A stretch of DNA of 64,000 bases from Basidiobolus meristosporus CBS 931.73 (Eukaryota > Fungi > Basidiobolomycota). How positions within the stretch are numbered: the stretch's first letter is position 1; every line of letters begins with the position of its first letter. The stretch spans positions 42,020 through 106,019 of the forward strand of contig MCFE01000272.1 in assembly GCA_002104905.1 (NCBI GenBank), given 5' to 3'. Below the pieces are notes generated by a model that was not told the DNA's origin, did not search any database, and worked only from the letters and a program-made list of their open reading frames with translations. A program made the position numbers and the translations under genes. Shown here one piece after another: positions 52,670 to 62,778 of this stretch.

Positions 52670-54125
52670 GGAGGCAGTCACCAACAGGTGAAATCTTGAT
52701 TTCAGTTGAAACAAAGAAGCCAGCACTACTGTTGTAGCTTTGATACAAGAGTGTGTAGCTGAGGGGAATTTGTAGGTAAGTTAATAAGAAGTGATGATAG
52801 TTCTTCAGTGCTCAAGACACTGTTCAGTGGGAAGGGGGGTAGCAAGAGAGGTAAGAATGACTTGTGAACAACATTAATGAGGGGAATGTGATAAGGATTG
52901 ATATTCATCATAAAGGGAGTGTGCTGCTGCAGATATTGCTGCCAAAGGTCTGTCAAGTACTTCAGGTAGGCCAGCTTGGGTTTTTCTGACTGCAGAATAT
53001 AGTGAGCAAACTTCTTGACTTCAGGATCTCCAAGTATAGTTCTCCAGCAGGAGCCAGGTGTTGTGTGGTGTGTTCTCTTCCAGGCCTTAATCAGTGGGTT
53101 GTTGCAGTTGTGAAGTCTGAGGTATGATCTGGTTCTAAGGTAGAGAAGTCTGATCTTATAGGGCATAAACCCAAAAGCACCAAGAATAGCATGTCTGTAG
53201 GGGCATTCAGGCAAATGAGGCACCAAGGAGGTAATGCACCATACTGCAAGCTTGTCAAGCTTAGTGCAGTCTCTAGAAGTAAGAGAGAGAAGTGGCAAGC
53301 CAAATTCCAGGACAGGGAAGACAAACTGCTTGAGTAGAAGGAGGCAGCTGGGAGCTGAAGCTGTAGGAGGAGTAACAGCCAGTAGCTTGTGGAGTGCCTG
53401 TCTTGCCAGGATAATTCTCTTCTTCAGGTGTGCTCCAGAGTCTAGTCCAGTAGGAAGGAAAGGAAAGCCAAGATATGTAGCAGAAACCTGAGCAGGTAGA
53501 GTGGAGTTCTCCAAGTTGATGGGAGAGCCCAAAGGTACTGTCTTTGCAATGGAAAGCTGAAGATTATTCTTCTGCAGATACTGGTGGATGGTCTGGGAGT
53601 CTTGTTGCACATTGGAGGAGGATATTCTGATGTCATCAGCAAAGAGAGTAACCAGGCAGTCAGCTGAGAGTCTTGGGAAATCATTCAGGAAGATGGCAAA
53701 CAGTATAGGACCAAGCACAGAGCCTTGAACCACTCCATTAGGAACTGAGAACACAGCTGATTGCTCACTTGGGTGCAGAATTCTTGCTTGTGGATCCAGA
53801 AACAGAGACCTGACAAGGAGGGTGAGAGAGGTACTGGAGAAGCATTGCAACTTGGACCAAAGCAGATTTCTGTCAACTGAATCAAAGGCCTTAGTAATAT
53901 CAAACAGAACAGAGGGATACTTGCACTGGAGAGAGTGATCTTGGCTAAGTATGACTGCATATTCTAAGGAGAGGCCAGGAACAAAGCCAAACTGTGCAGG
54001 GTGAAACTTGAGGGAGTCAGAGTAGAGCTCCTGAGTAAGCAGAAGCTCAAACACCTTTATGCAGGTGGGCAGCAGAGATATTGGCCTGTAGGAGCTAGGA
54101 TCCAGGTGCTTTCCTTTACCCTTGT
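52670..54125 (-). mobile_element. Module A: telomeric non-LTR RT element, 5' part replaced by a Copia insertion
   Basis: Open frame 54125 to 52726: YRPISLL, QFGF, DITKAFDSVD, GVVQGSVLGP, FADD; 56-nt 3' UTR is the shared motif. Confidence 0.92.
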
Positions 54126-57100
54126 TGTTGTAAAAATTTGTATTTCCACCTAAATATTCACCTAACTTAGTCACTTAGATCATTACCCTCAAATCCTAGA
54201 GAATACTGACCAAATTCCTTGTCGGGATTTACTTAGAATATTTTCACCAAAATACCAGGTACCCAGAACATGAAAATTCTCAAAGTTGTCCAAACAGCCC
54301 CAAACTTTGCACACATGTTCTTGGGACCTTCCTTAACCTATTCTACGTGTTTGTAATGCCAAGACCAGGTAAAAGTATAAATACTACTTTTACATTCAAT
54401 AAATCATTAAGTGAAAACCACATAATCTACTTGTTCTCCCAATCACTTCCAATATCTCCAAGACTCTTACAACAGGTTATGAGCCCCAAGCTGTCACTCT
54501 CTGCAATGTCTACTACTGCTATTACTGGAATTTTTCCCTCTGCTGAAAAGTTGGATGGATCTAACTACCAAGTGTGGAAGGTGAAGATGAAGATGCTGCT
54601 ACAAGAAAGAGGCCTTTGGGATATTGTCATGGGAGAAGAATGCCCTCCTACAAACGTGGGAGAGGAAGCCTTGAAGTACCAGAAGAAAGAACAAAGTGCC
54701 TTTAACTGCATTTGCCTTAATGTCAAGGACAAATTGCTAATTCAATGCTCAAGAGCAAAAATGGCAAAGAATGCCTGGAAAGCATTAGAAGACACCTACC
54801 AGTCATGTTCAGCTGCCAAGAAAATGTATCTGAGAAGAAAATTCTTTACTACAAAGATGCTGCCAGGAGAAGAAATGAAAAATCTAATTAACAGAATTAC
54901 CCTGCTGGTAGATGAGATGGAATCTGTGGGCGTACCAACTACTGATGAGGATGTGATAGTTACCATCCTGAATAGCCTGACAGACAGGTTTCAGGGCCTT
55001 GTATCAGCCCTAGAGTCCAGAACTGAAGATTTGACCTTAAATTACGTATACGGAAGGCTCCTGGATGAAAAATTAAGAAAATCAAGCGCCAATAAGAAGG
55101 ATGATGAAAATGCTTTAATAAGCAATGATAACCAACAAAGGAGGTACCCAAGACCCTACAAAGGCAACAGCAACCTATTTTGCAACTACTGCAAAAGGAA
55201 AGGACACACATCAGACCGGTGTTTCAAAAAGAGAGATTATCAGCAAAAGAAGCCTGAATATGGAAATGCTGCAACAACTGAAGATAGACTATTCATATCT
55301 GCACCAAATATGACCACAAACAAGGATTCTCAGACGTGGTATATTGACTCTGGAGCTTCTCAGCACTTTACACACCAAAAAGAACTTTTTACCCAATATC
55401 AAGAAATTCCAATTAAGAAGGTTTTCATGGGTGACAATAGAACACTTGATGCAGTGGGAGAAGGAACTATCCAAGTAAACCTAAGAAGCAGTGAAGGCAG
55501 CCATACACTGACCTTTAAAGAAGTACTCTATGTACCAGAAATAGCCAAGAACCTACTCTCTGTAAGCAAGGCCACAGCAGAAGGACTCAGTTTCAGTTTT
55601 GACAATTCTGGATGCAGGATCACTGATCAAAATGGTGCCCATATTGCTTCGGGCATCAGAGATCAGAATCTATACAAGTTGACTTATATTCCATCATATC
55701 TGGAAGCCAATATAAGTAACTTAAATGAAGAAACGCCAATGCTTTGGCACAGGAGATTTGGACACATCAATTTTGATTATTTGCGTAAAATGATCAAAGA
55801 TCAGCTAATTTCTGGAGTGAAAATTGATCCCCCAGCTAGTTTGGAGCACTGTGAAGCCTGCATATATGGGAAACAAGCCAGACAACCGTTCAAGAGCTCT
55901 GGGTTAATCAAAACTAAGAAAAAATTAGATCTAATTCACTCAGATCTGTGTGGACCTATGCAAAATTTATCCTTACGGCGGGATGAAGTATTTAATCACT
56001 TTTATTGATGATTATACAAGATACACATGGGTCTACTTCATGGAGAGAAAGGAAGAAGCTCTGTCTAAGCTCAGGGAGTTTAAAGCCATGGTGGAGAGAG
56101 AAACTGGTGAAAAAATCAAGAAAATACGCTCTGACAATGGTGGAGAATATACCTCAAAACTCTTCATCCACTTCTGCAAAACTCATGGGATAAAGCAAGA
56201 GACTACTGTACCATACTCCCCACAGCAAAATGGAGTAGCAGAACGAGCTAACAGATCAATAATTGATATGGCAAGATCTATGATCCATGATCAAAAATTA
56301 TCCTATGATTTTTGGGCGGAATCAGTTGCCACTGCTGTATATCTTAAAAATAGGAGTTACAACAGAATACTTTGTGATTCTACTCCATTTGAAGCATGGT
56401 ATGGATACAGACCAAGTGCAGAACATCTAAAATATTTGGGTGTACAGCATATGCCAAAAAACTGGCCGGAAATCAGTCAAAATTTGAGCCAAAAAGTGTA
56501 AAATGCATATTTTTGGGCTACTGCAATGAGAGTAAGACATACAGACTCTACAATACCAAAGCAAAGAAGCTGATCAAGTCCAGGGATGTGTTGTTTGATG
56601 AAAATTCAAAATTTTCACAAAAAATGACATCAGATGATGACAAAAATTTGATCTCAAGTCCACCAATTGTCAGGATTGAATCAGAGCAAAACAATGAAAT
56701 TTTTTCACTCCAGAGGACTCTACAACCGTGGTTCAGCCAGAATCAGTGCCCAGGAATATCCCAGAAGTGATCATTCCAGTATTAAAGCCCGGAGATCCAA
56801 TCGGACAAGAAATAGCCCAAATTACTATATCAATGAGGGTACAAACTTAGCCTATGCCTATTCAGTCCATATTGATGAACCCCAGACTGTAAAAGAGGCC
56901 CTAAATAGCCCTCAGACAAAGTTTTGGAGATCTGCAATGACTGAGGAATATCAGGCCCTGATGGAAAATCAAACTTGGGACTTAGTCAAATTACCAATCA
57001 ACCAAAAATCAATTGGATGCAGATGGGTCTTCAAGACAAAATACAAGGCTGATGGTACAATTGAAAGATACAAAGCAAGACTTGTAGCCAAAGGATACTC

Positions 57101-58253
57101 TCAAACAAAAGGACTTGACTATACTGAGACCTTTGCACCGGTAGCCAAGTTTAATTCCATCAGATTAATATTGGCTATTGCAGCCAAATATAAGTTTTTT
57201 ATTCATCAAATGGATGTAAAAACTGCATTTTTGAATGGAGAACTTGATGAGGACGTGTATATGGACCAGCCTGATGGGTTTGTTGACCAAGATAACCCCC
57301 ATTTGGTCTGCAAGCTTAAAAAGTCACTATATGGTCTCAAACAATCACCGAGAGCCTGGAATTGCAAGATAGATTCTTATTTGGAATCCTTGAGTTTCAA
57401 AAGAAGTAATGCTGACTATAGTATATACTATAAGCCAGATAGAGCAAATCCAGTTCTATTAGCTCTATATGTGGATGATCTTATTATAGCCACCAATGAA
57501 CCTAGAAACACTGGAAGAGACTAAATCCAGCCTATCTAAGGAGTTCAAGATGTCTGATTTAGGAGAACTTAGTTACTACTTAGGGATTAAGTTCTCCATA
57601 GACAGAAGTACCCAGACTATTACCCTAAGCCAATCCAAGTATATTCAAGATATACTAAAGAAGTACAAAATGGAAGACTGTAAACCGGCAGCTACCCCAA
57701 TGGAGACAAACCTTAACTTGGTCAAAACTCAACCAAATCAAGAGAGCTTGGTGCCATCAGAAAGCCCTGACTTTCCTTATCAATCTATGGTTGGCAGTCT
57801 GATGTATATCATGCTTGGAACACGTCCAGATATCTCATATTCAGTGGGAGTTGTCAGCCAACATAATCAGAACTATGGATCTGATCACATTGCAGCAGTT
57901 AAGCGGATTTTTAGATACCTAAAAGGAACTGCTGATATTTGCTCAAGATACACTTATAAGGACTCAGAACAAGATCTTGTGGGATACTCTGATGCACATT
58001 GGGGACAAAATTTAGAAGAGAGAAGATCCACCACAGGATACACCTTTCTTTACTGTAAAGGAGCAATTTCATGGAATTCAAGAAAGCAACCAACTGTAGC
58101 ACTTTCTACTACCAAGGCAGAGTATATGGCAGCCTGTGAAGCTACAAAAGAAGCAATGTGGTTAAGAAAGCTCTTTACAGATTTAGGCCTATGTCAAAAA
58201 CGCTATTACTTTATTCAAGATAATCAAGCATGTATACAATTAGGTAGAAATCC
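54126..58253 (+). mobile_element. Young Ty1/Copia family 1 element (LTR 54126-54474), truncated in RNase H
   Basis: PBS GGTTATGAGCCC (54475-54486), gag, CNYCKRKGHTSDRC, protease DSGAS, integrase RSDNGGEY/QQNGVAER, RT YVDD, RNase H SRKQ..VA.ST..AEY; about four frameshifts; no 3' LTR. Confidence 0.95.
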
Positions 58254-58259
58254 TTAGGG

Positions 58260-59084
58260 GGGAGACAGTCACCAACAGGTGAAATCTTTATTTCAGTTGA
58301 AACAAAGAAGCCAGCGCTACTGTTGTAGCTTTGATACAAGAGTGTGTAGCTGAGGGGAATTTGTAGGTAAGTTAATAAGAAGTGATGATAGTTCTTCAGT
58401 GCTCAAGACACTGTTCAGTGGGAAGGGGGGTAGTAAGAGAGGTAAGAATGACTTGTGAACAACATTAATGAGGGGAATGTGATAAGGATTGATATTCATC
58501 ATAAAGGGAGTGTGCTGCTGCAGATATTGCTGCCAAAGGTCTGTCAAGTACTTCAGGTAGGCCAGCTTGGGTTTTTCTGACTGCAGAATATAGTGAGCAA
58601 ACTTCTTGACTTCAGGATCTCCAAGTATAGTTCTCCAGCAGGAGCCAGGTGTTGTGTGGTGTGTTCTCTTCCAGGCCTTAATCAGTGGGTTGTTGCAGTT
58701 GTGAAGTCTGAGGTATAATCTGGTTCTAAGGTAGAGAAGTCTGATCTTATAGGGCATAAACCCAAAAGCACCAAGAATAGCATGTCTGTAGGGGCATTCA
58801 GGCAAATGAGGCACCAAGGAGGTAATGCACCATACTGCAAACTTGTCAAGCTTAGTGCAGTCTCTAGAAGTAAGAGAGAGAAGTGGTAAGCCAAATTCCA
58901 GGACAGGGAAGACAAACTGCTTGAGTAGAAGGAGGCAGCTGGGAGCTGAAGTTGTAGGAGGAGTAACAGCCAGTAGCTTGTGGAGTGCCTGTCTTGCCAG
59001 GATAATTCTCTTCTTCAGGTGTGCTCCAGAGTCTAGTCCAGTAGGAAGGAAAGGAAAGCCAAGATATGTAGCAGAAACCTGAGC
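58260..59084 (-). mobile_element. Module A': 5'-truncated near-identical copy of module A
   Basis: Preceded by one TTAGGG (58254-58259); frame open from 59084 to the stop at 58317; colinear with 52670-53494. Confidence 0.93.
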
Positions 59085-59095
59085 TTAGGTTAGGG

Positions 59096-59612
59096 GGAGG
59101 AAAGTCATCAAGTGGTGAAATCTTTATTTACTTATGACAAGTATCTAAAGAAGCCAAGTTAATCTGAAGTTATTCCTAGAAAGCTAGGTCTGAGAGATAT
59201 CTTCCTGGTAAGCCAGGTCTGAGAGTTGAGAAGCTGAGTGGTACTATATTTCCTAGTTAGCTAGGTCTGAGAGTGGTTTCCTGGAAAGCCAGGCCTGAGA
59301 AGTGAGAATCTGAATATATCTGAGCTAAGTTATACTGGTTTGCGGTAGCTGAATTGTGGCCGGAATGGCCAGTAGACTGGGGGAACTGAGATGTATTTCT
59401 GGGCGATCACTGGCCAAATTTACTAGGCAAATCTGGCCAAGTAGCATTTCAAGGATTTCAGCCAATCAGAGCCTTTACTTTGCCCGATGGTTGATCAAGC
59501 CATCTCCCAATGAGCACACATCAATTTATTAATCAAATTTTGCTGGATCCAGGATTTGAACCCACAACCATGGGTATGGAAGGGTTAGGGATAACCACAA
59601 GGCTAAGTGTTC
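59096..59612 (-). mobile_element. Module B: tRNA-derived SINE-like non-coding element with the shared 3' motif
   Basis: Head 59612-59541 has A-box TAGCCTTGTGG and B-box GGTTCAAATCC at tRNA spacing; hairpin-rich body; shared 3' motif; telomeric repeats on both sides; no ORF. Confidence 0.8.
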
Positions 59613-59614
59613 TT

Positions 59615-59639
59615 GGTTAGGGTTAGGGTTAGGTTAGGG
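59615..59639 (+). repeat. Interstitial telomeric tract GG(TTAGGG)2 TTAGG TTAGGG
   Basis: Read directly. Confidence 0.95.
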
Positions 59640-61876
59640 GAGGGAAAGTCACCAAGTTGGTGAAACCTTTATTTGAGTTAAGATCTAATCTAGGTACAAA
59701 TAAAGAAGCCAATTAAGAGGTCTAGAACCTCTCTAATAAATAATCTAATTTATGTTTTGTTTCATCTCTAATGTTTGTTTCAATAAAGTAAAGCTCATCA
59801 GGGGTAAATATAAAATTCAGGGGTTTTGGGGGAAGTACAAATTGTAGATGTTTCTGATCAATATAATCCAAGACTGGAACCCAGCCTGGGATTAGGTGTA
59901 GTAGGAAAGGTGTGTGGACTTGTAAGTAGCTCTGCCACATAGATCTTAGATGGTCCTGAGCCAGTAGTCTTGGTTTCTCAGCTTTTTGAAGTTTTGAAGC
60001 AAGCTCTGTTACTACAGCAGAGCCAACCAGGGTGTGCCAGCAAGAAGATTTCAGGGAGGAGTTAGATTGAAGCCATTGTTTGATGGAGGGGTTATGTGAT
60101 TTCTGAAGTTTGACTAGGAAGGAAGCACGGAGATAGACCATTCGGATTTGGTATGGGTAGAAGCCAAAGGCTCCATTAGTTGCATGGATATAGGGAGATA
60201 CTGGAAGACAAGGTACCAAGGATCTGATACACTGATGGAGAAATTTATCCAGGCGGTGAAGTTCTCTGGAGGTTAGGGGTATAATGTGGAGACCAAACTC
60301 AAGTACCGGCAGTACATACTGCTTCAGAAGTATAGGGATCTTTTGAATTGGAGTGTCTGGAGTGACTACTACCAGAAGCTTTTTGAGAGCCTGTTGAGCA
60401 AGACGGATCCTATTATTCAGGTGGAGCTTTGAGTCAATCCCATGTTGACAAAATGGCAGACCTAGATATATTGCAGTTTGTTGTGGCAGAATGCTAGTGT
60501 TCTGTATAGTTGTAGTGCATCCAATTGGGACTGTCTTGGAAATTGAGAGTGAGAGGTTGTTGGCAGCCAAGTACTTCTCAATGATGGCAGTGTCTGCTAT
60601 GGGATTAGGAGTAGCAATCTTGATATCATCCGCATAGAGAGTTAGTAGTGGATAGGGAGAGTCTGGTGAGGGGCCTTTTGGAAATAAAGGAAAGTCATGT
60701 AGGAATATCACAAATAGTAAGGGACCTAGTACAGATCCTTGGACTACTCCATTTGGAACCTCATAAGTCTCTGATGTACAACTTGGATGCAAAATTTTGG
60801 CTGAGTTCTCACAAAATAGAGAACGTACAAGAAGGGTCATTGGTAGTGTGGTAACTGCTAATAGCTTTCTCCAAAGCAGAGCTCTGTCCACAGAGTCAAA
60901 GGCTTTAGTAATGTCAAACAGAATGGTTGGCAATGAGAATTGAAGTGAATGATCATGGCTTAGCACTACAGCCATATCCAAGGAGAGTTTGGGCAAGAAG
61001 CCAAACTGAGAAGGATGGAATGGATATAGTTGAGATTGCAAGGATCTTGCAATTATAAGCTCAAAGATTTTCCGGCAGGTTGGCAGGAGTGAAACTGGCC
61101 GGTAAGAACCTGGGAGTGAGTGTTTCCCCTTCCCTTTGTATAAGGGTATTACATTTGCCTGTGACCAGGCCTTTGGGGTAGTCAATTGTTGGGCACAGAT
61201 AGAGTAGAATGGGAGAAGTAAGTGACTCATTTTGGAGTAGCACACCCGGAGTAGATCGTAGGTAATCAAGTCATGTCCAGGTGCAGTATTTGCAGGAAGC
61301 TTCTTTAAAATTTTCTCCAGAAGCTTTGCTGAAACCAAAATTGGAGATGTTGGACTGCTAGATATGTTACCAGTATGGTAGAAAGGAGGAGTGGGATGCA
61401 CGGTTGAATCAAAGAATATAGGGGCCAGTTTGTCTGGTGATGGTATACTTCTTGCTTGGGGTCTCATGGCTTTATATACTCTTGATATGGACCTTGTGGT
61501 GGCATTCATATTTACTAAGGGCAAGGTATCCATGATATGAGCCCATAATCTAGTATGCTCAGTGATCTGTAGTGACTTGGAGTAGGAGATTGTGCTTTCC
61601 AGGAGGTTCTGTGTTTTTGGGTTAGGGAAACATAGGTAGCTGGAATTTAAGGCAGAAATGATGGATTTCCATTTAAGTTGGTTTGCAGATGGCTTTTGGT
61701 AGGACTTGGTGGGCAGGGCCAGACAGCCAGTGATTATGATGAAATGCTGGTAAAATAGCCATAATGCATTTATATCATCACAAATCCATGCAGGTAAGCT
61801 GGGAAATGCATATTCTGTAAGCAAGGATAGGTAGTTGGCAAAGTCCTGTGTCTGTGATACTGAAGCTTTGGCTGGC
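59640..61876 (-). mobile_element. Module C: telomeric non-LTR RT element, second subfamily
   Basis: Open RT frame plus shared 3' motif; bounded by telomeric hexamers. Confidence 0.92.
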
Positions 61877-61989
61877 AGGGTTAGGGGAGGGAAAGTCACC
61901 AAGGTAGGTGAAATCTTTATTTGATTGCAGACAAGTCTAACTACAAATAAAGAAGCCAGCTGGGAATAGAAGATTCCCAAAGTAAACAC
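59722..61989 (-). CDS. LINE-type reverse transcriptase without recognisable endonuclease (annotated start is GTG; true start unknown)
   Basis: TAPGHD (domain 0), YRPVSLL, QFGF, DITKAFDSVD, GVVQGSVLGPLLF, YADD, YLG; no APE, PD-(D/E)xK, GIY-YIG, CCHC or RNase H motif seen. Confidence 0.88.
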   Translation of the reverse strand: MFTLGIFYSQLASLFVVRLVCNQIKISPTLVTFPPLTLPAKASVSQTQDFANYLSLLTEYAFPSLPAWICDDINALWLFYQHFIIITGCLALPTKSYQKPSANQLKWKSIISALNSSYLCFPNPKTQNLLESTISYSKSLQITEHTRLWAHIMDTLPLVNMNATTRSISRVYKAMRPQARSIPSPDKLAPIFFDSTVHPTPPFYHTGNISSSPTSPILVSAKLLEKILKKLPANTAPGHDLITYDLLRVCYSKMSHLLLPFYSICAQQLTTPKAWSQANVIPLYKGKGKHSLPGSYRPVSLLPTCRKIFELIIARSLQSQLYPFHPSQFGFLPKLSLDMAVVLSHDHSLQFSLPTILFDITKAFDSVDRALLWRKLLAVTTLPMTLLVRSLFCENSAKILHPSCTSETYEVPNGVVQGSVLGPLLFVIFLHDFPLFPKGPSPDSPYPLLTLYADDIKIATPNPIADTAIIEKYLAANNLSLSISKTVPIGCTTTIQNTSILPQQTAIYLGLPFCQHGIDSKLHLNNRIRLAQQALKKLLVVVTPDTPIQKIPILLKQYVLPVLEFGLHIIPLTSRELHRLDKFLHQCIRSLVPCLPVSPYIHATNGAFGFYPYQIRMVYLRASFLVKLQKSHNPSIKQWLQSNSSLKSSCWHTLVGSAVVTELASKLQKAEKPRLLAQDHLRSMWQSYLQVHTPFLLHLIPGWVPVLDYIDQKHLQFVLPPKPLNFIFTPDELYFIETNIRDETKHKLDYLLERF

Positions 61990-62009
61990 TAAGTTGAATA
62001 TGAATAAAT

Positions 62010-62738
62010 CTAAGCTAAAGTTAAGGCAGTATCCCAGAGTACACTGGAGTTCAGGTTCATGGGGGAGTGAAGTAGATAAGCTTGAGAGATATAATAATCT
62101 TTGAGGAAGTGGGTAACAGCAGGTGAAGGGGAGTTTTTGATAAGTGAAGTGAATCTTGAGAGCAGAGATTCCTCTAATGAGAAGGTCCTGTAAACTGGAG
62201 AATCAGGAAACTCTTTAAAGGCATGGTCAGTAGGTTCCCAGTAAAACTGGTCAGAGACATTTTGAGAGAACTCTTTAGCAATACTTTTGTCAAGTACTAC
62301 CTCCAGAGTGTGATTGTTGATAAATCTCATGTTAACAATCTTGGATAAATTGTAACCTTGTTGCTTGAGATACATCCTATGCTCAGATATAGGAATGAAC
62401 TCCACATTGGCAAAGTAGCAGACAGCCCAGTCAGTAGCAGGAGGCATATCAGAAGTAGAAGGAAACTTTCTTTTAGTCTTGGGAGAAGCAGCAGGATGTC
62501 TTGAGGAAGCAGGAACAGGCTTTTTGACAGCTTCAGAGTAGGAAGAGTGAGCAGGAGCAGATGATTCTTGGGGAGTCTTGTTGACAGGAACAGCTGGCAG
62601 AGAGACAATAGATTCTTGCAGTTCAGAGAAGGCAGAAAACAGCTTTTGAACTTGTTTCTTGAGTAAAGCATTTTCAGCTTCAACAAGTGCAAGCCTTTCC
62701 TCAAGGAAGGAAATCTGAAGGGAATGGAGTGAAGGCAT
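62010..62738 (-). CDS. ORF1/gag-like protein, 242 aa from the first ATG
   Basis: N-terminal heptad coiled coil (LEERLALVEAENALLKKQVQKL), SYSEAVKK motif, Pro/Ser linker, compact C-terminal domain; family assignment is inference. Confidence 0.65.
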   Translation of the reverse strand: MPSLHSLQISFLEERLALVEAENALLKKQVQKLFSAFSELQESIVSLPAVPVNKTPQESSAPAHSSYSEAVKKPVPASSRHPAASPKTKRKFPSTSDMPPATDWAVCYFANVEFIPISEHRMYLKQQGYNLSKIVNMRFINNHTLEVVLDKSIAKEFSQNVSDQFYWEPTDHAFKEFPDSPVYRTFSLEESLLSRFTSLIKNSPSPAVTHFLKDYYISQAYLLHSPMNLNSSVLWDTALTLA

Positions 62739-62778
62739 AAGAAATAAGAAGAAGAGGGTAAGATGGGGTGGGTGGGTG

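Noticed and set aside
52670-52721. Hammerhead or HDV ribozyme in the shared 3' motif
   Set aside because: No CTGANGA...GAAA core on the element strand and no HDV-type nested pseudoknot apparent by eye; an Infernal search would be decisive
54126-54174. N-terminus MTKLGEYLGGNTNFYNN of the 482-aa ORF
   Set aside because: It is the antisense of the Copia LTR, not part of the RT
59541-59612. Functional tRNA-Gly gene
   Set aside because: Acceptor and anticodon stems do not pair; only the boxes and spacing survive, so it is treated as a SINE head
59722-61989. TERT or Penelope-like (Athena/Coprina) RT
   Set aside because: Motifs KAFDSV, GV.QGSVLGP, (Y/F)ADD and APG.D are LINE-type; no TERT T motif and no PLE-type SLFT/MGSP signature seen
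62010-62202. Canonical -1 slippery heptamer in the ORF1/RT overlap
   Set aside because: Best candidate C-AAA-AAC is not XXXYYYZ; frameshifting remains unsupported
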